From Clostridia bacterium (lineage in GTDB: Bacteria; Bacillota; Clostridia; Oscillospirales; Acutalibacteraceae), in assembly GCA_017416485.1 (NCBI GenBank), contig JAFQCH010000023.1, positions 31,262 through 63,261 of the forward strand: 32,000 nt of DNA, given 5' to 3'. The translations under genes and the position numbers were made by a program. Positions 9,199 to 17,227 of this stretch are shown here, in pieces. Position 1 is the stretch's first letter; each line of letters starts with the position of its first letter. Below the pieces are notes generated by a model that searched no databases, was not told the DNA's origin, and worked only from the letters and a program-made list of their open reading frames with translations.

Positions 9199-10674
9199 TC
9201 AGAATTCAATAAAATTCTCATTTTCATCAACATTCATAAACTGCGGATAGTCAGCATTGGTGGTAACAGTGGGTTGAAGATCCTGTGTAAGCAGCCAAAT
9301 TGCAAATTCAGTGTGGTCGCTATTGTCTTTGCAACCAACATGGCCGGCGCCTTTGACGATCCATGTGGTGTCTTTGTACAGGCAGGTAGATGCGTTGACA
9401 ACACGGTCAGGGGAAATGTAACGGGCATCAACACCTGCAAGTTCTTCATCGGAAAGTGTTGCACCGTACTTTGCAAATGTGCCGTAGCCGGATGTCTTTT
9501 CGCTCTCAAGAACACCGTCACCGTGCAGTTCAAAATTAGAATAAATGGGCAACTGTCTGGAGTCGTAGTGCGATACGAAAGATACCTTTACACCATCAGC
9601 ATATGCTTTTGCCAGAATTTCATCGGTTCTGAAAACGAAATCCTTCACTTTATTGATTTCGCTGAGAGCGTAAGTGTAGGATTCTTCTTTACCTTCGAAG
9701 AAGTAGTTGATACTTGCTTCAAAATATTCATCGGGAATCAGACCCCAAAGACCGAATGCCGTGCAGAAGTTTTTGAAAAGGAATTCATTATACAGTCTGT
9801 CTTTGTTTGTTGTAATAAAGTCATTCAGGAAATTAACAACAAGATCCAGAATGCCGATGCCGTTCAGAATTTTGATTAAGAAGTTAACCAAACCATTGTT
9901 GGCGGTTTTTTCAAGCAGAAAATCTGCAATTGCATTGTTGTCAACCACAAGGTCACCTGTAAATGCGGAACCAACAATAATGCCGCCGTTGTGCGCGGAA
10001 GACAGATATACAACACTGTCCAGGCAATCAGTGCCGTACTTGTCAATGTAGGCAGTGGTGATCATACCACCCATGCTGCAAGCTGCAATGTCGAGTTTAT
10101 CTTTGCCTGTTTCTGTTTTGACAAGGGTAAGGAAACTGTTCAGGTCGTCTGCCAGTTCAGAAGGGCTGCATCTCCAGTCAAAGGTGTAAAGATAAATATT
10201 CTTGCCGCCGTATTTGTTTGCCAAAGAACGGAACAGGCCAACTGCAGTGTCTGCCCATTCATCGCCGCTTAAATCGATGTTATCTGCTGAGGTGAGGAAC
10301 TTGGGAATGTGAACACCGGCGTTTGCAGGAATGCCGTTTTCGTCGCGGGACATGTCATTAAACAGACTGTTGGCGAAGTCAATTATGGAATCAACAGTTT
10401 TTTCATTATTGCCGGCCAAAGAGCTGAAAATAATGTTAATTAAGAGTCTGAAAATATCACCAACATTGATTGCAAGTGCCTTGGAGCCGTCTTCCTTTAC
10501 AAGACCTGCAAAGTCGATGCCTCTTACAACAACGATCGGGTCACCGTCATAAGCAACATTTGAATTATTGGCGGGCATTGCAGCAGATGTTGCAAAAACG
10601 CTTCCCGATATCATCGACAAACATAACATCGAAACAACTGTTACAATAAACATTTTTTTGATTCTTTTCTTCAT
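9199..10674 (-). CDS. Secreted alpha/beta-fold lipase/esterase
   Basis: Signal peptide MKKRIKKMFIVTVVSMLCLSMISGSVFA and a lipase-type nucleophile elbow AACSMGG. I place the start at ATG 10674 behind AGGAGG. The track start at 10716 is a TTG inside the leader. Confidence 0.8.
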   Translation of the reverse strand: MKKRIKKMFIVTVVSMLCLSMISGSVFATSAAMPANNSNVAYDGDPIVVVRGIDFAGLVKEDGSKALAINVGDIFRLLINIIFSSLAGNNEKTVDSIIDFANSLFNDMSRDENGIPANAGVHIPKFLTSADNIDLSGDEWADTAVGLFRSLANKYGGKNIYLYTFDWRCSPSELADDLNSFLTLVKTETGKDKLDIAACSMGGMITTAYIDKYGTDCLDSVVYLSSAHNGGIIVGSAFTGDLVVDNNAIADFLLEKTANNGLVNFLIKILNGIGILDLVVNFLNDFITTNKDRLYNEFLFKNFCTAFGLWGLIPDEYFEASINYFFEGKEESYTYALSEINKVKDFVFRTDEILAKAYADGVKVSFVSHYDSRQLPIYSNFELHGDGVLESEKTSGYGTFAKYGATLSDEELAGVDARYISPDRVVNASTCLYKDTTWIVKGAGHVGCKDNSDHTEFAIWLLTQDLQPTVTTNADYPQFMNVDENENFIEF

Positions 10675-10810
10675 GATAGAGCCTCCTGTTTCTTTCTCCT
10701 GATTGTGAACCGGCAAAGAATAAAATGATTTTGCCGCTTACAGTAAAAGATGTGCTCAAAAAGAAGTTCAGCATTTTCTGTTTGAGCAACAAAAATTAAA
10801 CCGTGAACAA

Positions 10811-10839
10811 ATTATACCATCATTATAAACAAAAATCAA
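10811..10839 (-). promoter_or_regulatory. Sigma-A type promoter for the secreted lipase gene
   Basis: Minus strand: TTGATT (10839-10834), 17-nt spacer, TATAAT (10816-10811). This implies a leader of about 130 nt. Confidence 0.6.
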
Positions 10840-10874
10840 TTGTTTTTATTGAAAATTTTAACATTTATAAATTT

Positions 10875-11585
10875 TCATTTTGCAATACTATTGAAAAATG
10901 CAAGATTTTCTTTGACTGACAGGCAAAATTCTTTGAAATTCTGATTTTTGTCGAAGAACCAAACCTCGCCGCCGTCATTGCCTTGCATGGTGCTCCATTG
11001 TCCGTCTTCATAGATGAGTGCCGCACCGTTGTCGCAAGCAGTTGCCGACAAATCCTGTTCGGCAACACGCACGGAGAATTTGTGCCAGTTTTCGTTTTCG
11101 TAATGCGGACAGTGGCAACCGGGAAGAATACCGATGCAATCCACAAAAATAAACGAATGGTCTTCGGCACAGTCGTCGTAACCGCGTTCAAACCAACACA
11201 TAGCCCCCGAGCTGTATCCCGATAAAACAATACCTTGTTCAAAAGCCTCTTTCAAATAAATGTCGGCTTTGCTCTTTTTGAATGTGTTCATTAAAAATGC
11301 AAGATGACCGCCGCCGGCATAAATAATATCCGCACCGAGGATGGTGTCTTTTATGTATTCTACAGTCAACGATTCATCGGAAAGGCACAGTGTTGTTACA
11401 CTGCATCCGACTTCCTTGAGCATGAAGATTTCGCCGTCATCTTCGCTCCAGTTGTCAAAACTTGCAGTGGGCAGAAAAACCGCTTTCGGATTTTCTTTGC
11501 CGCTTAATTTTTTGATTTTTTCAAAGATGTTTTTGATTTCGCCGTCGCCGTAATAACCGCCGCCGATTGCTACAATTTTTCCCAT
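10875..11585 (-). CDS. Peptidase S51 family protein (dipeptidase E / cyanophycinase-like)
   Basis: IIYAGGGHLAFLM, SGYSSGAM (nucleophile Ser) and CPHY (His) match the S51 Ser-His-Glu layout of PepE. The start lies 3 nt after the ATPase stop, with an AAGGAG RBS inside the ATPase 3' end. Confidence 0.8.
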   Translation of the reverse strand: MGKIVAIGGGYYGDGEIKNIFEKIKKLSGKENPKAVFLPTASFDNWSEDDGEIFMLKEVGCSVTTLCLSDESLTVEYIKDTILGADIIYAGGGHLAFLMNTFKKSKADIYLKEAFEQGIVLSGYSSGAMCWFERGYDDCAEDHSFIFVDCIGILPGCHCPHYENENWHKFSVRVAEQDLSATACDNGAALIYEDGQWSTMQGNDGGEVWFFDKNQNFKEFCLSVKENLAFFNSIAK

Positions 11586-11588
11586 TTT

Positions 11589-12164
11589 TTACTCCTTCGG
11601 ATTGATGATTGTATCTGTAAAAAATTGTGCTTCGTCTTTATCGTGCGTAATCAGAAGTACCGTTTTACCTTGTGTCATTTCTTTCACGGTCTGCATGGTC
11701 GCTTCTTTGGTCTGCTCGTCAAGTCCTTTGAACGGCTCGTCGAGCACAAGAAAATTATATTCCGCACACAAGGCTCTTGCCAAGGCTACACGCCTTTTCA
11801 TGCCGCCGCTTAAAGACCGCACCTGTGTTTTCAGCTCTTTTTCAAGACCTAATCTGCAAAGTATGTTTTTTGCCTTTTCTTTGTCTGCTTTATTTTTGCA
11901 CACGGCTTGCACATTTGTCAAGGCTGAATAATTTTCACTCAACCTGTCTTCCTGAAAAACCGCACTTTTATGGTCGGGCGATCCTGTTATTGTTCCGCTG
12001 TCTGGCTGTTCAAGACCGAGCAGAATGTTCGCGAGCGTTGTTTTACCGATACCCGAAGCACCCATCAGTGCCGTTGTTTTTCCTTCTTCAAGAACTGCAT
12101 TGAAATTCTGAAGCACCTGTTTTTCACCGTAGGCTTTGCAAAGATCGGTTATTATAATATTCAT
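11589..12164 (-). CDS. ABC transporter ATP-binding protein (NitT/TauT-like), unusually short at 191 aa
   Basis: Walker A GASGIGKTT, Q-loop VFQED, signature LSGGMKRR, Walker B LVLDEPF and H-loop ITHD. There is no C-terminal extension. Confidence 0.9.
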   Translation of the reverse strand: MNIIITDLCKAYGEKQVLQNFNAVLEEGKTTALMGASGIGKTTLANILLGLEQPDSGTITGSPDHKSAVFQEDRLSENYSALTNVQAVCKNKADKEKAKNILCRLGLEKELKTQVRSLSGGMKRRVALARALCAEYNFLVLDEPFKGLDEQTKEATMQTVKEMTQGKTVLLITHDKDEAQFFTDTIINPKE

Positions 12165-12931
12165 ATTTTTTTCTCCAATCCTGCAAAAATTGCTTTGAGG
12201 ACAGCCAAAAACAGTTTTTCAATGCCGACACTCAACACCACAATAATCAAAGTCCATGCAAACAGATCTTTGGAATCGAAATACAGTTTTGCATAATACA
12301 GCATTTCGCCGATGGAATCTTTCGGAATGCCGATGACTTCTGCCGCAATACCTGCTTTCCATGCAAGTCCCATACCTGTTGAGCAAGCCGACAGCAAAAA
12401 CGGTTTGACGGCAGGAAAGCGCACAAGTAAGAATTTTTTGAAAGGTGAAAAGTGAAACAGCTCTGCGCATTGCAGCATTTTCGGATCGGTGTTTTTGTAC
12501 CCTTGCAGAAGATTGTTGTACAAAATCGGCAAAGCCATTAAAAATGAAATGAATACAGACAGTTTATTGCCGCTTAACCATATAAGACTGATAACGATGA
12601 ATGATGCGACAGGTACGGTTTTGACAGTCAGCAGAAACGGGCGGAAAAAGATTTCGAGAATCGGGAATCTGCCTGCGGCGGCAGAAAGAATCACTGCACA
12701 CCCGAGCGCTAAAAAGAATCCGCCGATGATATGTCCTGTGGATCGAAGCACGGTTGCTAAAAAAGTTTCCGATTGCAACAATTCAACCACTCTTGCAAGC
12801 ACTTGCAACGGAGATGCAATCAGCACATCCGCATCAATCCAAAGCGATGCCGCCTGCCACAGAAAAATGGCAAGCAGCACCGCAACTGTATTGAGTATTA
12901 TTTTTCTTAAATTAGTAGCAGAAGTCTTCAC
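12161..12931 (-). CDS. ABC transporter permease (NitT/TauT family, SsuC/TauC-like)
   Basis: Six or so hydrophobic segments. It overlaps the ATPase start by 4 nt and the binding-protein gene's 3' end by 20 nt. Confidence 0.85.
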   Translation of the reverse strand: MKTSATNLRKIILNTVAVLLAIFLWQAASLWIDADVLIASPLQVLARVVELLQSETFLATVLRSTGHIIGGFFLALGCAVILSAAAGRFPILEIFFRPFLLTVKTVPVASFIVISLIWLSGNKLSVFISFLMALPILYNNLLQGYKNTDPKMLQCAELFHFSPFKKFLLVRFPAVKPFLLSACSTGMGLAWKAGIAAEVIGIPKDSIGEMLYYAKLYFDSKDLFAWTLIIVVLSVGIEKLFLAVLKAIFAGLEKKI

Positions 12932-13940
12932 CGGGGAGATTTCCTCCGATCGAGGCAGAATTTTGGTTGTAAAGAATGGTCAGGTAAGAAGTCAGAGCTT
13001 CTTTCATTTCTTCACCGTCAAGGAAAACAATGTTGCACTGCGGAATGGCTTTCTTTGCAACTGCGGCGGCGAAAATATCGAATTTTTCAACAAGTGTTGC
13101 GGCTTCTTCCACATTGCTGTTTACATAGTCAACGCTTTGTTTGTATTCAGCAAGGAAAGCAGTAACAGCATCGGGATTATTTTCAATGAAATCATTTCTT
13201 GCAACCACAACACCCGTTACAAGTTTGCTGCCGTTGTCAAGTTTGTTCCATTCGTCGTTCAGATTGATTGCTGTGCGAAGGCCTTCCACCTTGTTGGAGG
13301 CAACCGTAACATAGGGTTGGGGCAGAAGTGCAATACCTTCTTCTGCTGTTGCGAGAACGCTTACGATTTCCGTTGCTTCACTGCGGAATTCGATGGTGAC
13401 ATCATTGTCAGGATCGATGCCGTTTTCGCTCAGCAGATAGCGAAGGCTGTATTCGGGGGTAGTGCCTTTGCCCGTTGCATAAATGGTTTTGCCTTTCAGG
13501 TCAGCAAGGCTGTTGACAGAATCGCCTTTTTCCACAATGTAAAGCACGCCGAGGGTATTGACAGCAAGAACACTTACTGCGCCGTTTGTTTTGTTGTAAA
13601 GTACACTTGCAAGGTTGGCGGGAACAGCGGCAATGTCAAGTTCGCCTTTGATGAGTTTCGGGGCGATTTCATCTGCCGTACCTGCAATGGTGAAGTCATA
13701 TTTACCGTTTGCGGTGTTGTCTTCCATGATTTTGACCATACCGATGGAGGTTGGGCCTTTCATGCCGGCAACACGGATGGCTGTCACGTCAGACGGTGTC
13801 ACATATTCAACAACATCATTGGGTGTGACAACATCGGAATCGGAAACTTTTTCCGACGGATCATTGGTGGTTTGCGTGCAAGCGGCAAATGCCGTCAGCA
13901 TCAGAATAAGAGCGAGGATGAGTGCTACATACTTTTTCAT
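12912..13940 (-). CDS. ABC transporter substrate-binding lipoprotein (NMT1/THI5-like / SsuA-like)
   Basis: Lipobox LTAFAAC after a basic/hydrophobic signal peptide. The periplasmic-binding-protein-like body is typical of NitT/TauT systems. Confidence 0.8.
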   Translation of the reverse strand: MKKYVALILALILMLTAFAACTQTTNDPSEKVSDSDVVTPNDVVEYVTPSDVTAIRVAGMKGPTSIGMVKIMEDNTANGKYDFTIAGTADEIAPKLIKGELDIAAVPANLASVLYNKTNGAVSVLAVNTLGVLYIVEKGDSVNSLADLKGKTIYATGKGTTPEYSLRYLLSENGIDPDNDVTIEFRSEATEIVSVLATAEEGIALLPQPYVTVASNKVEGLRTAINLNDEWNKLDNGSKLVTGVVVARNDFIENNPDAVTAFLAEYKQSVDYVNSNVEEAATLVEKFDIFAAAVAKKAIPQCNIVFLDGEEMKEALTSYLTILYNQNSASIGGNLPGEDFCY

Positions 13941-14029
13941 GTTTTTACTCCTGTAAATAAATATTTTTATATCCTTATTTTAGCAGGAGAAAATGAAAAT
14001 GTATGTTGCATCTGCAACAAAAAGCAACT

Positions 14030-14686
14030 TTATTTTCTGATTAACGTGATTTTGTTCTTGCTTATTTCTATAATATTTTCTTTTTGCATTTTGTGTAATT
14101 CACGCGAAAGTGCACTTCGCTCTGTGCCGATGTAAGCGGCAAGGGAAGAACGGTCAAGAGCAAGTGTGAATGTGTCGCTTTTTGTGCGGTTTGCACATTG
14201 TGAAAAATAGGTAATCAGTTTATCGCGGATCGTGAACTTTGATAAAACCTGAATGCGGTTGTTCATGTCCAGTGCACGATTTGCGAGCAATGCAATAAAA
14301 CGGTTGCGCAATGCACAGGAGATTGAACAATTGCAATCATCCTGCAAGCGTTCACAATGCAACCACAGGATGTCCGTGTTTTGTGTTGCAATGATGTAAA
14401 CAGGCTCATTGCGTTGTAAAAAACAAAGCGATTCGCCGAACGTGTCACCCTTTTGCGCACTGCTCATCACAAGGCAGTTGCCGTCAAAATCATCCATGTA
14501 AACGGTGATACTGCCGTTTAAAACAAGTCCGAATGCGGATAATTTTGCATTGGCTTTTTTTATGGTTTCATTTTTGTTGTAATGTGCCTGTTTTGCAGAA
14601 AAAAAATCGAGTGCTTGCAGTGTTTCTTCTGCATCCATACTTTGGAACAATTTTGTAGTTTTTAAAAAATCATACAGTAAAAGCAT
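14030..14686 (-). CDS. Crp/Fnr family transcriptional regulator
   Basis: N-terminal cNMP-binding-like beta-barrel (FGESLCF...), a central helix, and a C-terminal HTH (LAAYIGTERSALSRELHKMQKENII). Confidence 0.85.
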   Translation of the reverse strand: MLLLYDFLKTTKLFQSMDAEETLQALDFFSAKQAHYNKNETIKKANAKLSAFGLVLNGSITVYMDDFDGNCLVMSSAQKGDTFGESLCFLQRNEPVYIIATQNTDILWLHCERLQDDCNCSISCALRNRFIALLANRALDMNNRIQVLSKFTIRDKLITYFSQCANRTKSDTFTLALDRSSLAAYIGTERSALSRELHKMQKENIIEISKNKITLIRK

Positions 14687-14799
14687 AATGATCCCTCGAC
14701 AATATTATTTTATATTTTTATCAATTTGTCAATACAAAACTTGCATTTTAAAAAACAATGTGATATATTGGAAACACTAATAAAACGGAGGTTTTCAGT

Positions 14800-15900
14800 A
14801 TGTTTTCTTTCTCTAAAAAAATTATTGTTTTCATCATGTGCCTTGTGCAGATGATTCTGCCGTTCTTTTATACGCTCGGCAGCAATGCGGATGCTAATTT
14901 CAGCGAATGGTCAAAGGAAGATAAATATGTTCTTGAAAATACGACTGTGCTTGAAAAGACAGCAGGTGAAGACTTTGTCGTGCTCAATCTGACCGACATT
15001 CAGTTGGGTGAAGGCGAAGCACTTACCACCAACAGTGACTTTGCTTTTGATCTGATCGATGAACTCATCAAGAGAACCAATCCCGATCTGATTGCTGTTG
15101 CAGGCGACAACCTTCTTGGTTTCGTCGGTAGCTATTCCACCATCGAAAAACTTTCTTCTCTCGGCATTCCTTATGCAATCGTTATGGGCAACCACGACGG
15201 ACAGGATACCATCACGGAAGACTGGGCAGCTTATCTTGCCGCCAATGCCGAAAACAGCCTGTTTGAATTTGGTCCGAAAGACATGGGGTACGGCAACTAT
15301 ATCATCAATATCAAGCAGGGTGATGAAATTGTTCATACCCTTTATATGATGGATACGCACGATCATGCTGTTCATACAAAAGAGGACGGATCAACGGTTG
15401 AAGGCTATGATCATCTTTGGAACAACCAGCAGGAATGGTACAGATGGGCTGTTGAAGGTCTTGCCGCAATCGAAGGCAGAACCGTACAGAGCACGGCTAT
15501 TTTCCACATTCCCGTTTATGAATATACGGAAGCTTATAATACTGCTTTTGATGCACAGGCAAATGCTTACAAGCCTGAATATGCTGATGTTTGTTTCGGT
15601 GTCAGAGGTGAAGATGTTTGTTCTGCTCCTGTTAACAACGGTTTCTTCGCGCTTGTTAAGGAACTTGGTTCCACCAAGGACATCATTGTCGGTCACGACC
15701 ATATCAACAGCTTCTCCGTTCTCTTTGAAGGTGTTCGTTTGAGCTATTGTCTGAAAACCGGTTTTGGCAGCTATGCAGATGAAACCGGCAACACAAACGG
15801 CGGTTCCGTGCTCAGAATCCATGACGACGGCACAACCACCTTTGAACACATCTACATCACTCCCGAAGAACTCGGCTACAATGCCGACAGACTTTCCTGA
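14800..15900 (+). CDS. Calcineurin-like metallophosphoesterase with N-terminal signal/anchor
   Basis: The GDN, GNHD and GHDH motifs (AVAGDNLLG, VMGNHDG, VGHDHIN) occur in order. Hydrophobic N-terminus. Confidence 0.85.
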   Translation: MFSFSKKIIVFIMCLVQMILPFFYTLGSNADANFSEWSKEDKYVLENTTVLEKTAGEDFVVLNLTDIQLGEGEALTTNSDFAFDLIDELIKRTNPDLIAVAGDNLLGFVGSYSTIEKLSSLGIPYAIVMGNHDGQDTITEDWAAYLAANAENSLFEFGPKDMGYGNYIINIKQGDEIVHTLYMMDTHDHAVHTKEDGSTVEGYDHLWNNQQEWYRWAVEGLAAIEGRTVQSTAIFHIPVYEYTEAYNTAFDAQANAYKPEYADVCFGVRGEDVCSAPVNNGFFALVKELGSTKDIIVGHDHINSFSVLFEGVRLSYCLKTGFGSYADETGNTNGGSVLRIHDDGTTTFEHIYITPEELGYNADRLS

Positions 15901-15911
15901 GTTCTTCTTTT

Positions 15912-15943
15912 GCCCGGATTTTATTTCGGGCTCTTTTCTTTTT
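15912..15943 (+). terminator. Rho-independent terminator
   Basis: GCCCGG/TCGGGC stem (15912-15931) followed by TCTTTTCTTTTT. Confidence 0.55.
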
Positions 15944-16004
15944 GTGCAAAAATGTTTGCAAATTATTTTTCTGTATGTTAATATGATTTCGGGAGGGATA
16001 AAAA

Positions 16005-17162
16005 ATGATTATCAGAAATCTTACACATGATGACCTTGAACAGCATGAATATGTTGCATCGCTTTCGTTTATCTATCGCTATTCGCACGGTGATGAACTT
16101 GAAATGACCGACGGGGTTTTTATCGGTGCTTTTTTAGATGACAATAAAACGCTTACCGCGAATATGGAAGTTGAAGATTTTGAAGTTACCTTCAACGGGC
16201 AAAAACTCGCATGCGGCGGTATCGGTGCCGTGTGTACCCGTCCCGAATATCGCAGAGGCGGTGCTGTGCGCAAGATCTTTGATGCTTATTTCGAAAGTGA
16301 AAAACATGATATTTCTATACTCTATCCGTTTTCTACGCTTTTTTACCGTAAATTGGGTTATGTGAATGCCGGGCATTATGTGAATGTCGAAATGCCGTTT
16401 GCGCATCTCTCTTTCATTCCGCGTGATTTTGATGTCGAATTATATGACGGAACGCAATCCGAAGCACTGTATGCTTTTCATAATAAGAATGCTTTTAAAA
16501 CAAATCTGACATTTATTCGCAACAATAACCGCTATTTCAAAGATAAACCCTATGAGCAACTCAATTATACATATATGGGAAAAAATAAAAACGGTGTTGT
16601 GGACGGATATGTCACATTCCGTTGCGACCGTCCTTCTTCCACTGTGTTTGTTTCTGAACTTGTGTATGAAAACAAACAGTCGCTTTTCAATCTTCTTGCA
16701 TTTTTGAGAACCTATGACGGTAATTTCAAGACACTCGTAATTGATCAGCTTACTGTATGGTCGCCGTTTTTTGATATTTTGCCGAATACCGCAAAGGACA
16801 TCAACCGCACTATGCGTGATATGGGTTCTGTCAGAATTCATAATCTTGAGAAAATTCTGAACATGGCTGCATATCCTGCAGAGTATGGCAAGTTTTCTTT
16901 TTATTCGGATGATCCGATTGCAAAAAATCACGGCATTTTTGATGTGGAATATGAAAACGGCAAGGCAAAAGTTTCAAGACGTGAAGATGGTGCTTATGAT
17001 GTGAAACTTGATGCTGCTGCAATGAGTGCGCTTGTTTTGCTCGGACATGACGGTGACTATGATGCACTTTCATATTGGCAAGGTATTGAAATTGTTAACG
17101 AGAATCCCGATCTGCTTCGTGCATTCCCGAAAAAAAGAACTTATTTCGCAGATCATTTTTAA
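16005..17162 (+). CDS. GNAT acetyltransferase of the Eis type (GNAT + SCP2-like C-terminal domain)
   Basis: The acetyl-CoA motif GIGAVCTRPEYRRGGAVRKIF, the 385-aa length and the three-part architecture are typical of COG4552/Eis-like proteins. Confidence 0.75.
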   Translation: MIIRNLTHDDLEQHEYVASLSFIYRYSHGDELEMTDGVFIGAFLDDNKTLTANMEVEDFEVTFNGQKLACGGIGAVCTRPEYRRGGAVRKIFDAYFESEKHDISILYPFSTLFYRKLGYVNAGHYVNVEMPFAHLSFIPRDFDVELYDGTQSEALYAFHNKNAFKTNLTFIRNNNRYFKDKPYEQLNYTYMGKNKNGVVDGYVTFRCDRPSSTVFVSELVYENKQSLFNLLAFLRTYDGNFKTLVIDQLTVWSPFFDILPNTAKDINRTMRDMGSVRIHNLEKILNMAAYPAEYGKFSFYSDDPIAKNHGIFDVEYENGKAKVSRREDGAYDVKLDAAAMSALVLLGHDGDYDALSYWQGIEIVNENPDLLRAFPKKRTYFADHF

Positions 17163-17164
17163 TG

Positions 17165-17193
17165 TTGACACTTGCATAATGCAATGCTATAAT
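17165..17193 (+). promoter_or_regulatory. Consensus sigma-A promoter for the oxidoreductase gene
   Basis: TTGACA 17165-17170, exactly 17-nt spacer, TATAAT 17188-17193. Confidence 0.7.
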
Positions 17194-17227
17194 AAGTTAA
17201 ATCATTAAATAACGGAGGATTATTACT

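Noticed and set aside
13941-14029. Possible TPP riboswitch upstream of the THI5/NMT1-like binding-protein gene, as in thiXYZ-type HMP transporters.
   Set aside because: The gap is only about 90 nt. It contains no CUGAGA or ACCUGAUCUGGAUAAUGCCAGCG-like TPP core. It holds only a weak 5-bp hairpin and A/T-rich promoter-like sequence.
12489-14135. 548-aa plus-strand ORF, the longest in the track apart from uvrC and GH13.
   Set aside because: It runs antisense to the ABC permease, the binding protein and the end of the Crp/Fnr gene. It is exactly codon-aligned with the binding-protein gene, so it stays open only because that gene lacks TTA, CTA and TCA codons. The predicted protein is low-complexity and rich in Cys, Phe, Asn and Ile, with no motifs, RBS or promoter. 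It is a shadow ORF.
14687-14799. Candidate Crp/Fnr operator in the divergent promoter region (TTGACAAATTGATAA and TGTGATATATTGGAAACAC).
   Set aside because: Neither is a proper inverted repeat of the TTGAT-N4-ATCAA or TGTGA-N6-TCACA type. The first is a direct repeat of TTGA(C/T), and the second lacks the matching half-site at the correct spacing.
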